From assembly GCA_951406725.2 (NCBI GenBank), contig OX597824.1:72850001-72914000 (forward strand): a stretch of DNA of 64,000 nt. The letters are read 5' to 3'. The DNA is from Octopus vulgaris. Its lineage: Eukaryota. This document shows, in pieces, positions 39,286 through 54,853 of this stretch. A program made the position numbers and the translations under genes. Within the stretch, counting starts at the first letter, position 1. Every line of letters begins with the position of its first letter. Below the pieces are notes generated by a model that was not told the origin of the DNA, made no database searches, and saw only the letters and a list, made by a program, of their open reading frames with translations.

Positions 39286-39597
39286 CAGGGGTTCTCAATC
39301 ATTTTTTTATCTATGGACCCCTTTGATTCCTATTTTACTTGGGTGGACGCCAATAGCCATTTGATATTTAGAAAATCCTATTACATTTTCATAATTAAAT
39401 ATTATTATGACTTGTATAAAAATTGTTAAAATATTTTGTGTAAAGTGGATGTATAACCAGTTTATTACATGTGAACTTTACTGGTCTAAAGCACAATTTT
39501 TTTCATGGCCCCTGAAAAATTACCACGGACCCCAATTTACTATATTGCATCTGTGGACCCTAATAATTTTTATATGGACCCCAGTCGAGAAACCCTG
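39286..39597. mobile_element. hAT-type MITE
   Basis: TIRs CAGGGGTTCTCAA / TCGAGAAACCCTG; perfect 8-bp TSD GGTTAAAA. Confidence 0.88.
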
Positions 39598-39966
39598 GGT
39601 TAAAACTTATCAAAATTCTTTGTTACTTTTTATTCCAAACATCAGTTTGACATTACTGTCAAAAAAGTTATTTTGACAGTAATAATTCCTTCTATAGGCA
39701 CAAAGACGAAATTTCGAAGCAGACATCAACCCTAGAAATCAACAAGAACTTATTGTATTGATCTTGAAAGGGTGAAAGGCAAAGTTGACCTTAAGAGTAG
39801 GATGAAATGTCACTAGGCATTTTGTACACTATACTAAAAACTCTGCAGCTTGCCACCTTAACAATACATATGAGCTTATCTTATTTAGTGCCCAGGTGCA
39901 CTTCAACTCACCAGAAAAGGTTAATAGAGGGAAAAGAAAGCAGGCATATAAGTAATGAGAGACATC

Positions 39967-40378
39967 GGATCTTTTCGGTTTGAACGGCAGTTTTTTTAGC
40001 GGTGTCATGTGAAATTGTCACCCATAATTATGACCCTAGTATCGATCTATTGCATTTCAATCTATTTTAGGGTTAGGGGTGAGGGAAAGGATATCTTTTT
40101 TTTCTTCACAAATGTAAATAAACCCAATCTGTTTCTTAAACGAGGGACATATTCATACGGCACAGAATGTTTTTTATCTCAATGGACGTCAGTGATTGGT
40201 TGAAATTTCAGAAATTGAAGAAAAAAAAACAACAAATATCTTACAAACTATAGAATTTTTTCAATAAAGCCAAGAGAAAAAGATGTTTTATAAACACATT
40301 CTACCAGTATACGAAGTTTAAAATTTTTTAGTTACCTAGAAATTATGTTAAAAACTGCCGTTCAAACCGAAAAGATCC
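39967..40378. mobile_element. Non-autonomous DNA transposon with 29-bp TIRs (GG termini, Merlin- or MULE-like)
   Basis: GGATCTTTTCGGTTTGAACGGCAGTTTTT ... AAAAACTGCCGTTCAAACCGAAAAGATCC; 8-bp TSD gagacatc/aagacatc. Confidence 0.85.
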
Positions 40379-41365
40379 AAGACATCGATAAAAGTTACAC
40401 AGAATAAAACACAAAATGACAGAAAAATGAGCATTAAAAAAGTCAGGAAAGGGTGCATAGGCTTGTCAGGAGTAGTGTCAGTAAATTTTGGGAAGTATTT
40501 AGTATTTGAAAGAAGCAGTGTCCTGACAAACTACAAAGGCATTGTACCACCGAATCAGTATTCAACAGGTACAGATTTGATCGATTCCAGAAAGATGAAA
40601 AAGCAGAGCTGACCAATGAAACGTAACTTAAATATTGCCCTGATCATTGTTCGCTGCGCTTCGGGTTCTTTAAAAACTTAGGACATAAATCTGCAGGGTG
40701 AGGGGGAAATGGATTAAAATGACCCCAGTACTGTTACTTTATGTTATCGACCACATAAGAATATATTTCTTTATTGCCCACAAGGGGCTAAACATAGAGG
40801 GGACAAACAAAGACAGACAAAGGGATTAAGTTGGTTACATCGACCCCAGTGCATAACTGGTACTTTATTTATCAACCCCGAAAGGATGAAAGGCAAAGTC
40901 GACCTCGGTGGAATTTGAACTCAGAACGTAACGGTAGACGAAATACCACTCAGCATTTTGCCCGGCGTGCTAACAGTTCTGCCAGCTCACCGCCTTTGAA
41001 GAATAAAAGGCAAAGCTAGCTTCTGTGGGACTTGAAACCAGAATGCGAAGGGACATAACTAAGGACTTCGAGACACTTTGTCCGACGCTCTTTTTTCGTG
41101 AATGACACATTACACATTAATACAATATTTTCAATTGACCGAATTTAGATGAGAGGGTGTGTGTATTATTAATTCACCAAACTGTAGTACATAAATGCTC
41201 TCGGTTATTAATTCTATTTCGGAGGAAATAGTTGCAAAATAACGCCCCGCCCTTGGGTGGGATGCAGTTTGAACTCTGAACAAATGCAGATGGATAAAAC
41301 TTGAAATACTAGACAGCACATTACTTGATCCAGCATTGGAGCCATTCCTGCAAATCAATGAGTGA

Positions 41366-41393
41366 ATGTGTGTGTGTGTGTGTGTGTGTGTGT

Positions 41394-41463
<70 letters not shown>
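41366..41463. repeat. (TG)n(AG)n microsatellite
   Basis: Read directly. Confidence 0.97.
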
Positions 41464-41465
<2 letters not shown>

Positions 41466-43235
41466 AGAGAAGTGCACACACATATATAAATGTGGGTTCG
41501 TGTCCAACTTTTTCCACCCAAGGGTTGTTTTTTTTTAACTATTCCACTGAGATCGACTTTGCCTTTCATCCTGTCGGCGTCAATAAAATAAGTATCAGCT
41601 GAGTACCGGAGTCTATGTAATCAACTTACTCGCTTCCCTGAACTTCCCGGCCTTGTGTGAAAATTTGAAACTAACGTTTACACCGTATTATTTATAGCTT
41701 TTCCTACTTTGAGTTCCACAGTCTGGTAAGAGGCGCAGGCGTGGCTGTGTGGTAGGAAGCTTTCTTCACAACCACATGGTTCTAGGTTCAGTCCTACTGC
41801 GTGGCACCTTAGGCAAGTGTCTTCTACTATATATCTCGGGCCGATCAAAGCCATGTGAGTGGATTCGGCAGACGGAAACTGAAAGAAGCCTGATATATAT
41901 GTGTGTGTGTGTGTGTTCCCCACCACCGCTTGGCAACTGGTGTTGGTTATTTAAAGAAACCGATAGAATAAGTACTAGAGTTTTAAAAAAAAACAAGTCT
42001 AAGGGTCGATTTGTTCGACTAAAATCCTTCAAGGCAGGGCGGTGCTCCAGCATGGCTGCAGTCAAATGACTGAAACAAGTAAAAGACAAATAAGTAAATA
42101 AATAAATAACCTGATGATTTTTCTCCATCATCGCCGGCCACACCGAGTTTCTTCTGAGGTGCGATCGATCCTTCAAGGTGGCAAAAAGATCTTGTCACCT
42201 TAAGGGTCGCACACACACATACAGGTTAAAAATAATAATAATAATAATTATTATTATTATTTTTTTCTTTACTACCCACAAGGGGCTAAACACAGAGGGG
42301 ACAAACAAGGACAAACAAACGGATTAAGTCGATTGCACCGACCCCAATGCGCAACTGGTACTTAATTTATCGACCCGGAGAGGATGAATGGCTAAGTCGA
42401 CCTCGGCGGAATTTGAACCCAGGACGTAGCGGTAGACGAAATACTCAGAGAAGCGACGGAGTGAACCATCAGCTGACCCACCCGAGATACAATACAATAT
42501 ATATATATAATAGATGGTCATATAATATATATATATATATATAATTTGAATCTTGGTGTTAGTATAGTATTCGTCTTGATTGTTAATTCAAATTTTTCTG
42601 TGTGTGTGTGTGTGCGCGAGAGAGAGAGAGAGAAATGTATGTAGGTATGTATGTATTTGCATAGCTATGAAAGACACAAAGTAAAAGACAGAATCATAAG
42701 GTATGGGAGTTTGTTTTTCCCTATCGAAGGCTTTAACTAATTCTTACCTCGGCTAAAACTACTCATCTTGGCTTTGCTCCGATCTATTTGGTACTTATTG
42801 TTCTAAGGTGGCAGTGTGTGTGTGTGTATATGTGCCTGGTATCTTACAATAAAAGGCTCACACTGTCTTGTCCATTTGCAGTAGAGAGAGAAAAAAAAAA
42901 AAAACGAAGTCCCGATTTAAGGTTGAAAAACAACGTGATGAAAGCAGAGAGGAAGGAAGGGGAGGAGGGGCAGTTTTGACAGACACTGTTGTTTTCCCCG
43001 AGTCATGTGTCACATTACTGTAAAGGCGCAGCACGTCCTACTGCACACACACACACACATAGAATACTTATAAAAACGCAAATATACTCAAACACACACA
43101 TACATGCACACGCACACACACGTAGACACCCGCGTATTGTGCGCGCACACGCATACACTGAAACAATTAGAAACTCACACACAGAATCTACCACCATCAT
43201 CATCACCACCACAGTCAAGAAATAAAAGCAGTTTC

Positions 43236-43322
43236 CTATCTATCTATCTGTCTGTCTATCTATCTGTCGGTCTATCTGTCTGTCTATCTATCCGTCGGTC
43301 TATCTGTCGGTCTATCTGTCGG

Positions 43323-43354
<32 letters not shown>

Positions 43355-43401
43355 CCTATTTGTCTATCTATCTATCTACCTACCTACCTATCTGTCTATC
43401 T
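43236..43401. repeat. (TCTA)n-type degenerate tetranucleotide repeat
   Basis: Read directly. Confidence 0.93.
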
Positions 43402-43637
43402 ACACACATATACACATAGTGTCAAATCTAACCATTCAAACAAATAGCTACACATGCATGAGGTACTCGTACATGTGCTCCAGCATGGCAACAATCTCTG
43501 GCCGAAACCAGAAAAAAAAGTACATACAAACGTATGCAAATAACAGACACACACACACACGATGCTATTTCACATGGTTTCACTTACACGATTATAGTTA
43601 AACACACACACACACAAACATACGAACACCTACCTGT

Positions 43638-43669
<32 letters not shown>

Positions 43670-46401
43670 GCATAAAATTTCTTTCTCAAGTACACTCACA
43701 AAAATACTCTTGTTTTCACACACACATACATGTACACACACCTACACAGACATAAAATATATCGAGATTTCAACTGAAAAAGACCACGAGAACCACAAAC
43801 TCTTTTGCACTACACTGTCTCACTAATTATATGAGACACCCACTCACAGCCGCACAAAGGTGTAGCTAACTCGCTCGCGCACACACATCAAAGCATTACA
43901 CCACACATATCGTATCGCATCACCCTCTTTCATAGTCTCTCGCTCTCTCTCTCTCTCTGTTGCAAACACTATCGCCAACACACACATACAAGCACAGACA
44001 CACACACACCAATCCTTTCCCATTTACAAGCACTTAGACAAGGAGTCACAATGTGGTCGTTTGAACTGCTAGAAATAGAAACCAAAACTTCACTGATTCG
44101 CACCTAACAGTCTTAAAAAATGTAAGGTCACATGTCACATTGGCCAGTGTATTCGTAGAATTACAAATATTTTCTTTAACCCCCCCCCCGCCCCCCAAAA
44201 AACTGGTTAGTCACGAGTGGAACGCCTTTCAATAATAAGGAGGGGGTTACACTGGATAACGTAATCTTAAATATACAATATCTGAAAAAAGAAAACAACG
44301 GATTGGTCATGTCTGGAGCGTCTTTGATGATATATCTGCTCAGCTGATCAGGAGCTAAGTTATCAAACTCAGCCACACGGAACTGTGCGTCCTTGAGTCA
44401 CTTATGTAACTTCACAACGAACGAATGAAAGACTATATATTAATATAGGTGTTTTGTTTAGTTATATATATATATATATGTATATATATATAAAATAAAA
44501 TAAACCCATCCATTTACTGAACGTCGAAGTTGGGTCATCAAACAACGTATAACATACACACACAGTGACCAAGATATCGTAGTAGTAAAAGTAAATAGAA
44601 TGTTCGCTATTGTACTCTAACGAGAAATTATTTCAGTAATTTCACATGAAACTAAAGGAGTGTCTGGTGAAAACGTGTTAGTGATAGAGAGAGAGAGAAA
44701 GAGAACCTTTAAGTCTTGTTTGTATTTACAAGTCGCATAACTTGACAACATTAAATCTGAAGCACTTGCAGAAAGCCAACATGCCTAAATGATAACGAAG
44801 AAGAAAAAAAAAGAAAAATAAGTATATAGACGTAGGTGGGGCAGTGTTGGAAAAAATTTGCTTCCCAATCACATGGTTCTCGGTTCAGGCCCATTGTGTG
44901 ACATCTTGTGCAAGTGTCTTTTCTATTATAGCCCTGGGCTGACCAAATCCTTGTTAGTGAATTTGTTAGAGGGAAACTGAAAGAAGTTTATTGTATATAT
45001 ATATATATTTCTTTATTGTCCACAAGGGGCTTAATATAGAGGGGACAAACGAGGACAGACAAAGGGATTAAGCCGATTACATCGAACCCAGTGCGAAACT
45101 GGTCCTTAATTTATCGACCCCGAAAGGATGAAGGCAAAGTTGACCTCGGTGGAATTTGAACTCAGAACGTAGCAACAGACGAAATACCGCTGAGCATTTC
45201 ACCCCGCTTGTTAACGTTTCTGCCAGCTTGCCACCTTTTGTTGTATATATATATATATATATATGTATGCGTGTATGTATCTATGCATGTGTCTTTTGTT
45301 TGTACTCGCTCCTCCCACCCACCACTTGACAACCAGTGTTGTTCTGCCTATGTCCCTGTAACTTAGCAGTTCAGCAGATGAGACAAACAGAATAACTATC
45401 AGACTTTAAAAAAAAAGAAGTACTGGGGTAGATTCATTTGCCTAAAACCATTCAAGGTGGTGCCCTAGCATGGCCACAGTCCAATGACTGAAACGAAAAA
45501 CAGAAGCTAAGAGAAGATATCACACAGGTAGCCCTAAAGTTTATGGCATTCAAACTGAACAAAACGAATGCCTAAGACAGCTATGAAAACATTAAGGATT
45601 AAGAAAGTACCCCAACACCTGCTAAACCTGCTATCATAAGCAGTCTTTAAGTTTAAGATACTTAACCTAAATGAATGCAAGAGAGTTGAGAATGTATCAA
45701 AAGAATGAACCAACCCACACACAGACACACACTCCCGATCACTTAATAGTCACGGGTAGTCCTTAAGTTTGTCAATAAACTTGCAGGTTAAGAGATGATT
45801 TGTGAGGCATTTCACTTCACAACAATCTTTTCCTTGTTTCAGGCATTGGATTGTAACCATGCTGGTGCACTACGTTAAAAAATTTAGCCAAATAAATTGA
45901 CACCAGTATATTTTTTAAAGTCTAGTATTATTTATTCTGCTGTTCTCTTTTTGTTGAATTGCACAGCTATGTAAATAGTGTAAACAAGGCTGTATGGTAA
46001 TAAATTGGCTTCCTAACCATATGGTTCTGGGTTCAGTCCTACTGTGTGACACCTTGAGCCAAATATCCTCTCTTCTGCAAGACATTGTGCCTGTCCCTCT
46101 ATCTACTTTAACCTCTCAGCACCTGGCATAAAGAAACCTCCCCCAATACTACACACCCCCACTCAGTTGAAAGGCCTTGTCTTATGAGTTACTTGGCGAC
46201 CTCATCAGTGTCAGTGGTGTGAAAAACAAAAAACCAGTCAGTATACTATGTAAACTGGAAGAGCATCTAACCATCCCAAAGTAGACATTGAAGCTTGGCT
46301 CCTTAGCTTCTGTTGAACCATCCAACCTAAGCCAGCATAGAAAAAGGACATTAAACAATGATGATGTAGGTGTGTGTGTATATATATATAAATATACATA
46401 C

Positions 46402-46455
<54 letters not shown>

Positions 46456-49028
46456 TATTATTTTTATTGTATTCATAGTTGTGTAACATTATCTGCTTTT
46501 CCGTCCTTGTTTTTATATACATTCGATGCTTTCTTCCAAGGAATCTAATGCTCTTAGCTTAGTTTTTCCTTGGGGCTGGCCAGATTGGAGCAATCTCAAG
46601 ATTAATCAGCTGAAATTGCGAGGATAATCTGGTCTTGACTGAAGATAGAAAACTTCGAATGACCCATCCTTGTTTTTTTTTTTTATTGTTTATCTGGATG
46701 TTTTATTGTCCCTTTTTGTATCACCAATTGTCCGGATGTTTTGCATTCTTGTCCCATTTTGTATTTAGGAGTGGCTGTGTGGTAAGTAGCTTCTTTACCA
46801 ACCACATGGTTCCGGGTTCAGTCCCACTGTGTGGCACCTTGGGCATGTGTCTGCTACTATAGCCTCGGCCGACCAAAGCCTTGTGAGTGGATTTGGTAGA
46901 CGGAAACTGAAAGAAGCCCGTCGTATATATGTATATATATATGCGTGTGTGTGTTTGTGTGTCTGTGTTTGTCCCCCTAGCATTGCTTGACAACTGATGC
47001 TGGTGTGTTTATGTCCCCGTTACTTAGCGGTTCGGCAAAAGAGACCGATAGAATAAGTACTGGGCTTACAAAAGAATAAGTCCCGGGGTCGAGTTGCTCG
47101 ATTAAAGGCGGTGCTCCAGCATGGCCGCAGTCTGAAACAAGTAAAAGAGTAAAAGAGAGTAAAGAGTATATATATGTATGTGTATGTATATATATGTGTG
47201 TTTCTTCCTACACCTTGATCCTTGGATCTTTTATATATATATATATGCAGAAGATACCTGGATCAGTGGTTAGAGCACCAGGTTCCCAATAATGAGGTAG
47301 AAAGTTTGATTCCTGGACCAAGCTGTGTGTTGTGTTCTTGAGCAAGACACTTTATTTCACATCACTCCACTTCACTCAGCTGTAGAAATGAGTTACGATG
47401 TCACTGGTGCCAAGCTGTATCTGCCTTTCCCTTGAACAACATTGGTGGCATGGAGAGGAGAGGCTGGTATGGATGGGCAACTGCTGGTCTTCTGTAAACA
47501 ACCTTGCCCGGATTTGTGCTTCAGAGGGTGATTTTCTAGGTGCAATCCCACGGTCATTCATGACCAATCGGGGCCTTTATCTTTTACCCTGCACATGCGC
47601 ACACAAACACACATTAGAATAAAGAGTTATTAATAAAGGATTATCAATTTGGGCAAACTACATCACAGCCTAACAAAATATTTTCAGATTAGTAAAGAAC
47701 CCCAGGTAATCCTAGGGCAAGTTCCAAGGTTGAAGTCCATCACTAGGCAATTTTGTAAATCCATGGCTGCATTCCCCAGTTAAATTGGTCTTTTTCACAG
47801 AGTGACCCACAAGAAAAGGCATAAATAATGGACTTTACATATTTCTTTATTTATGCTTCTTTGACTTGCAGCTTTTTCAGCTATGCACTATAGATGCATT
47901 CAGGGTCCTGTTTACTCGTAGCTTGCTTACGAACTACATGGTTCCGGGTTCAGTCCCACTGCATGGCACCTTGGGCAAGTGTCTTCTACTATAGCCTCGT
48001 GAGTGGATTTGGTAGACAGAAACTGAAAGAAGCCTGCCGTATATATATATATGTATATACATATATATATATATATATATATGATGATATATATATATAT
48101 ATGTATGTATGTGTGTGTGTCTGTGTTTCTCCCCCCAACATCACTTGACAACCGATGCTGGTTATGTCCCCATAACATAGCGGTTCGGCAAAAGAGACCG
48201 ATAGAATAAGTACTAGGCTTACAAAAAGAATAAGTCCTGGGGTCGATTTGCTCGACTAAAGGCGGTGCTCCAGCATGGCCACAGGCAAATGACTGAAACA
48301 AATAAAAGAGTAGAAGAGTAAAGAGAGATCTTAATAAACGTTATCATCGTCAGAGTCCATGCACAGATTCTCTTCCTAGTATCAATCACCATTGAGTATA
48401 CTGTATAAATTTTATTGTGGCACTTGCACTTCAGAGGTTGGCATGTCCTTAAGACTAAATCATCCTCTTGATTTTATAGTGTCTCCACTCATTCGCCAAC
48501 CACTTTACAGAATGTACTAGGTGCATTTTATTAAGTACTAGTGTTGTTATCTTGCATCCTGGAAGATTAAATGATCAACTCTACAGTGTGACTGTCCACT
48601 CAAGACAATGTGACCAAGCAGGTAGATAACAAAGAAAGCAATAAGACAAGAACCGAGATGGTTGCAAAGCATACCCCTTAACTACAAAATGATGCCTGTA
48701 TTCGTTTATAGATTATTTAATTAGATTATCTTAAAGGCAGACCAGTGAAGATAATGGTTGAGCCAAAGAAAACTTACTGCTTTCTAAGTCTACACTTAGA
48801 AAGTAATTTGATCAAAACTTCACTGAAGCATGTGTAAGATGACGTAATTAAATAATTTATGAACTAGACGTGTGGCTGTGTGGTAAGAAGCTTGCTTCCC
48901 AAAAACATAGTTCCAGGTTCAGTCCCACTACGTGACACCATGGGCAAGTGTCTTCTATTATAGTTTTGGGCGGACCAAAGTCTTGTTAGTGGATTTGGTA
49001 GACAGAAACTGAAAGAGGCCAATCATAT

Positions 49029-49492
<464 letters not shown>

Positions 49493-50534
49493 AAGACTCG
49501 GCAAGCTCAAGTGAGACCATAACCATGTGGCCTATGCCAGGGGTGTAACCAGCCCACTTATGCATACCTTTCCTTCATTGGACACTAAACTCTGCTTGCG
49601 AAGACCTGTTGAGGCAAGTGAAATCGAAATTGAAATCAAATTCAATGACTGGCATCCGTGCTAGTGGAGCGCTAAGAGTACCATGCGAGCATGATCGTTG
49701 TCAGAGCAACAAGCTGGCCTCCGTGCCAATGGCATGTGAAAAGCACCATTCGAGCATGATCGTTACCTGCATCGCCTTACAGGCACTTGTGCTGTTGGCA
49801 TGTGAGAAAACATTTGAGCGAGGTCGTTGCCAGTGCCGCTGGACTGGCTCCTGTGCATGTGGCACATAAAAAGCACCATTTGACCATGGCCGTTGCCAGT
49901 ACCGGCTGACTGGCCCTCTTGCCGGTGGCACATAAAAGCACCTACTACACTCTCGGAGTGGTTGGCTTTAGGAAGCGCATCCAGCTGTAGAAACTCTGCC
50001 AGATCAGATTGCTGTCTGGTTCAGCCATCTGGTTCACCAGACCTCACTCAAATCATCCAACCCATGCTAGCATGGAAAGCAGACGTTAATCAATGATGAT
50101 GATGATGATAATATATAGGTGTAGGAGTGGCTGTGTGGTAAGTAGCTTGCTTATGAACCACATAGTTCAGTCCCACTGCGTGGTACCTTGGGCAAGTGTC
50201 TTCTACTATAGCCTCAGGCCAACCAAAGCCTTGTGAGTGGATTTGGAAGACAGAAACTGAAAGAAGCCCGTCGTATATATGAATGTGCGTGCGTATATGT
50301 TTGTGTGTCTGTGCTTGTCCCCCCAACATCGCTTGAGAACCGATGCTGGTGTGTTTACATCCCCGTAACTTAGCGGTTCGGCAAAGAGATCAATAGAATA
50401 AGTATTAGACTTTCATAAGAATAAGTCCTGGGGTGGATTTCCTTGACTAAAAGGCGGTGCTCCAGCATGGCCACAGTCAAATGACTGAAACAAGTAAAAG
50501 AGAGTAAAGAGTATATATATATATATATATATAT

Positions 50535-51475
50535 CCCCTACCTGACACATCCACACTCGTTCGTCTGGCCGAACTTATCCTCTCACTCAACTGCTTCTTC
50601 TTCGCTGGTGATTTTTAACAGCAGATCTCAGTAATGGCCATGGGAATGAGAATGAGCCCCAACTATGCGAACCTGCTTGTTGGGTACGTTGAGGCCTAAA
50701 TATTCTCAAGTTTCATTGGTCCCACTCCCGAACTATACGGCAGTTATAATGAAGACGGTATCGGTGCAACCTCACTCTCCTGCAAACATCTAGACTTTTT
50801 CCTCTCTTTTGTCAAATCTTTCCATTCTGCCCTCCACTTCTCCTGCACTATTTCTAACACTTCTGTCTCTTTTTTCGACATTTCGGTCAGCATTCATCAC
50901 TCCACTCTCACACTCATACCTCAACTTCTCCTCCTCCCACCCTAAGTACACCAAGCTCTCCATCATCTACGCAGGCTCTACAGTGATGACCATAACTTTG
51001 AGACTCAGTCTCAACTCTTGGCTCGCCACTTCATCCTATGTGGATATCCCCTCGACACTATCCACACCGCCCTTGCCAGAGCATGTTCCGTGAACCGTAC
51101 ATCTGCTCTCTCCAACACCACCCTCTTCACTGTCACCTGTCATCAACCCTATCATATCAGTGACTCTTCACCTGCACTTCTACCAATGTCATCTACTGCA
51201 TCTCCTGCTCTCTCTGCCCTTCTCTATACATCGGGCAAATGGGACATTGCTTGGCTGACTGGTTTGCAGAACACCTCCAAGACATCCAAGTCAGCAATGA
51301 CACCTCGGTGCTGCACCATATCCGCTCTACCAGTCACTCTTTGCAACACCTGGCTGTGTTCGGATTGTCCCTGCACAGGGGCCATCCAGACTCCTGTCTT
51401 CGCCGTGAACAGGGATTAATTCTCTCTCTTCTCTCTTTTGTGCCACATGGGCTCAACTCTCCTCAGAGGAGTTAA
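50535..51475 (+). mobile_element. Decayed Penelope-like RT/GIY-YIG fragment
   Basis: MAMGMRMSPNYANLLVGYVE and LYIGQMGHCLADWFAEH-like remnants with stops and frameshifts; starts after (TA)n. Confidence 0.75.
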
Positions 51476-51951
51476 AGTAACAAATTCACACACACACATA
51501 GCCACAGACAGAAATTGCCATTTATACATACATACATACATATATATATTATATAGGTGGATTCAAATGCTCCTTCAGTATTAATATAAATAGTCTAACA
51601 ACTGAGGTTTAGTTGAGCTTCTTAATGTATGTCTTCCCCATCATTTTTTCTCTATCCCTCCTGGACACATCTTCACCACAGCATTCCCCAACTTCCTTGC
51701 TACTTCCATTAACCCACACAGTCCAAGGTCCTTCTCCCCATCCCAGTTGACTACCACAACTGAAGGATTTCACGAGAGCTAGTCAACGGGTACTCTGCTC
51801 ATAGTGCAAGCAGGCTGGAGAGCCCTAAATGGTTCATCAAGATATGCCTAGACAATTCAGCAGGATTACCATTATACTGTGCTATTTCTAAGCCAATGAT
51901 CATTCTCATAGTTTGATAATGACATCTTCTCTCTCCCACACACACACATAT

Positions 51952-52023
<72 letters not shown>

Positions 52024-52237
52024 ATAATATTTGCAGTCAGCAAAATAGCAAATGTAGTATTCAAATATATAAATATATATATGAATTGTAACGAAATAAA
52101 TAATAAAAATTTCAAATATATCATTTAAATACCGAATCACCTTGTACATACATATACAGACACATATATACATATACAGATACGCATATACATATATTTA
52201 TACCATACATATTATATATACATACATTCACATACAT

Positions 52238-52238
<1 letters not shown>

Positions 52239-52295
<57 letters not shown>
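52239..52295. repeat. (TAGA)n microsatellite
   Basis: Read directly. Confidence 0.97.
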
Positions 52296-52296
<1 letters not shown>

Positions 52297-54242
52297 TGCG
52301 TGTGCATCTATTGTACGTCGTATATGCAGATTTGTAAACAATTCGGATGAAAGTGTCTTGTACCGGCGTTGTTGTTATATAAGTACAAAAAACTACCTAT
52401 TTATTGCAGGCAAGCCAAACAATGAGACAAGGGAAGAGAGCCTGTATGTAGTAACTTGACGATCTAGACATAGCTGCTCAATGTCCCTCAATTCACACTT
52501 CTCCGTCCATAAAATAGGAAGGGGACATTGGACATATATGATCTTAGATACAAAATTCTAAGAGAAAAAAAAGTGGGATGGTTACATCTGAAACATTTCC
52601 TTTTAAAAAAAAAAAAAAAATTATTAATACAAACTAACCTGGGGCTAGACAATAACTGCCTTGTTTGTTTATTGGTGTTATTAGGGAGGATGTGTGTGTC
52701 TGTGTGTGATCCTGTTTAATTAAAAATACAAAGAAATAAAGTGGAGCGATATAAAGGCAGTAACGAGAAAAATTAAAACCGAAAATAGATGTAATGTGAC
52801 ATTATTTATGAATATTTAAGAAAGTTTCGCCGTCTAAAATATAAAATGGAAGTGGATCGGTGGTGGTCAAGCAACGAGACTTCCTCTCATATGAAATCTC
52901 AGAAGTCCAGCAAAAATATATGAGGGAGGCCTAAATAAGAGGTCAATCTAGGAGCGGGAGAGTGAGCTTCGTTGGTCAGTTGTAATGCACTTTGGAGAGA
53001 AGAATAATAAAGCAATCAAGTAATGTGTGTGTGTCTGTGTGTGTGTGTGTGTGTATAAATATATGTATTTGTATGATTAAATAAACAATACAACAAAGAA
53101 AAAACGATACTCCTGTTTTAAAATAAATTTAAAACCTTTGTAAATATATAAACACATATCTAAGTAACGTTTGGTTTCTTTACGATAGAACGTATATAAA
53201 GAGAGAGCTCGGCTCTATTTACCTGTGGTTCCATGACACTGTAACGATTAATCAACAAATCAACTGTCTTCCTTCTGTGTATGTGTGTATACGCTTTATT
53301 ATTTTTTTTATAAGATGCCGGTGTAGCACTGGAATAAGTTCCGCATGATTAAAAGGAAAGACATCATTTTTTTTTTTCTTTCTATTCTCTGTCATTGCTG
53401 ATTATACTTGGTTGTCTAAAACGTCGCACCCGATGTACGATGTATGCGTATAAATATGTATATATAAACTTTCGGAATAACTATCACGAATAAATTTTTC
53501 CAGCATATTTGACCTTTTATGTCCCACATTCTAAACATGAAATTCGAATTAAAAATATCAAACAAACAAGAGAAACAAACTGTTTTTCAAACTTCTTGAC
53601 TCTCTCTATTCCATCTTACCGTGCATTCAGATAGGAACCATTATTAAAATGAAATTTTTTTCGCTATCTTTCATTTGATAATACTATACTTTCTGAAACT
53701 CTTGTAATTTACACTATTTTATTTTATATATTTTTTTTTTCACAAAAATCCAAGTTTTTCAAATTCCCTAGCCCCATATCTTATCTTCATTGTACCTTTC
53801 AGACAGTTTTCAGTATTAATGTTTGCCAAACACACGAAATAACAATTCTTGTAAAAAAAAAAAATTAAAATTAAATTCCATCTTTTAATGGAATTTTTAT
53901 CTCATTTACTTGTTTTTCATCTCTTTCCTCGTGTTTTTTTTAAATTTTATTTTACCTCTCACTTTTGCCATTCTGTAAAAACATTTTTCTTTTTCTATAT
54001 GATTCAAAAATTAAATGAATTTATGAAGTTGCTCATGATTGCTGGAGCTGCTAAAATATCATATTTAATCATATTGTCTGTGCTTATTAATTTTTTTACT
54101 CCATAATTATTATGTGTTTGTGTTGATGGCAAAATTGAACAACTCATGTCAATGTTCCTTTTATCCACTAGGATATTTCAATTCATGAACAAGAAAGTAA
54201 TGATCTTCCCTGACCTCCCAGGAAAGAAATATTCACTTTGAA

Positions 54243-54853
54243 AATGTACGCCGAGGGTGTCTTGGCATCACTCAGCAAGACTTTTGTTAGCCGCTCTCCA
54301 GCCATCTATTTAAAACTGTATACAGCTATGGTACGACCACACTTGGAATTCGCATCATCAGTTTGGAATCCCTATCTTGCTCAGAACATTGACCTCCTGG
54401 AATCTGTCCAGAGACGTGCAACCAAACGCATACCCTCCATCAGACACCTACCATATTCTGAGCGCCTTGTTTCCCTGGGCATGGATTCACTGAAGCTCCG
54501 GCGTCTGGCGACGGACTTGGTAAACACCCACAAGGTTATCAACCACCTCACCAACAACAACACTGAACACCTTTTTGATCTCCATGTGTCTAACACACGT
54601 GGACATGCCTACAAAGTCAGAAAACAGCACAGCTCCCATGACTTTCGGAAACATTTTTTCACGCTCAGGGTTGCTGAAGCGTGGAATAAACTGCCTGCAT
54701 CAGTTGTTGACTGCCATGACACTGCATCCTTTAAGGCCCTCATGCTTCCCGAAATCCGTCGAAACTACACCTGATTATATATACACTTTAGATGAGTTGT
54801 AGTGCACCTGAGCACTGTACACAATTATTATTATTATTATATTATTATTATTA
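54243..54853 (+). mobile_element. CR1/L2-type LINE 3' end with (TTA)n tail
   Basis: RPHLEFASSVWNPY...LESVQRRATK...TRGH...FFTLRVAEAWNKLP; ORF still open. Confidence 0.88.

Noticed and set aside
46628-46668. Hammerhead at CTGAAGA...CGAA
   Set aside because: Stem II is weak and there is no GAAA-UH arrangement, so it cannot be supported from one copy
54238-54774. 178-aa ORF as a host gene
   Set aside because: It is the C-terminus of a 5'-truncated CR1-type LINE ORF2
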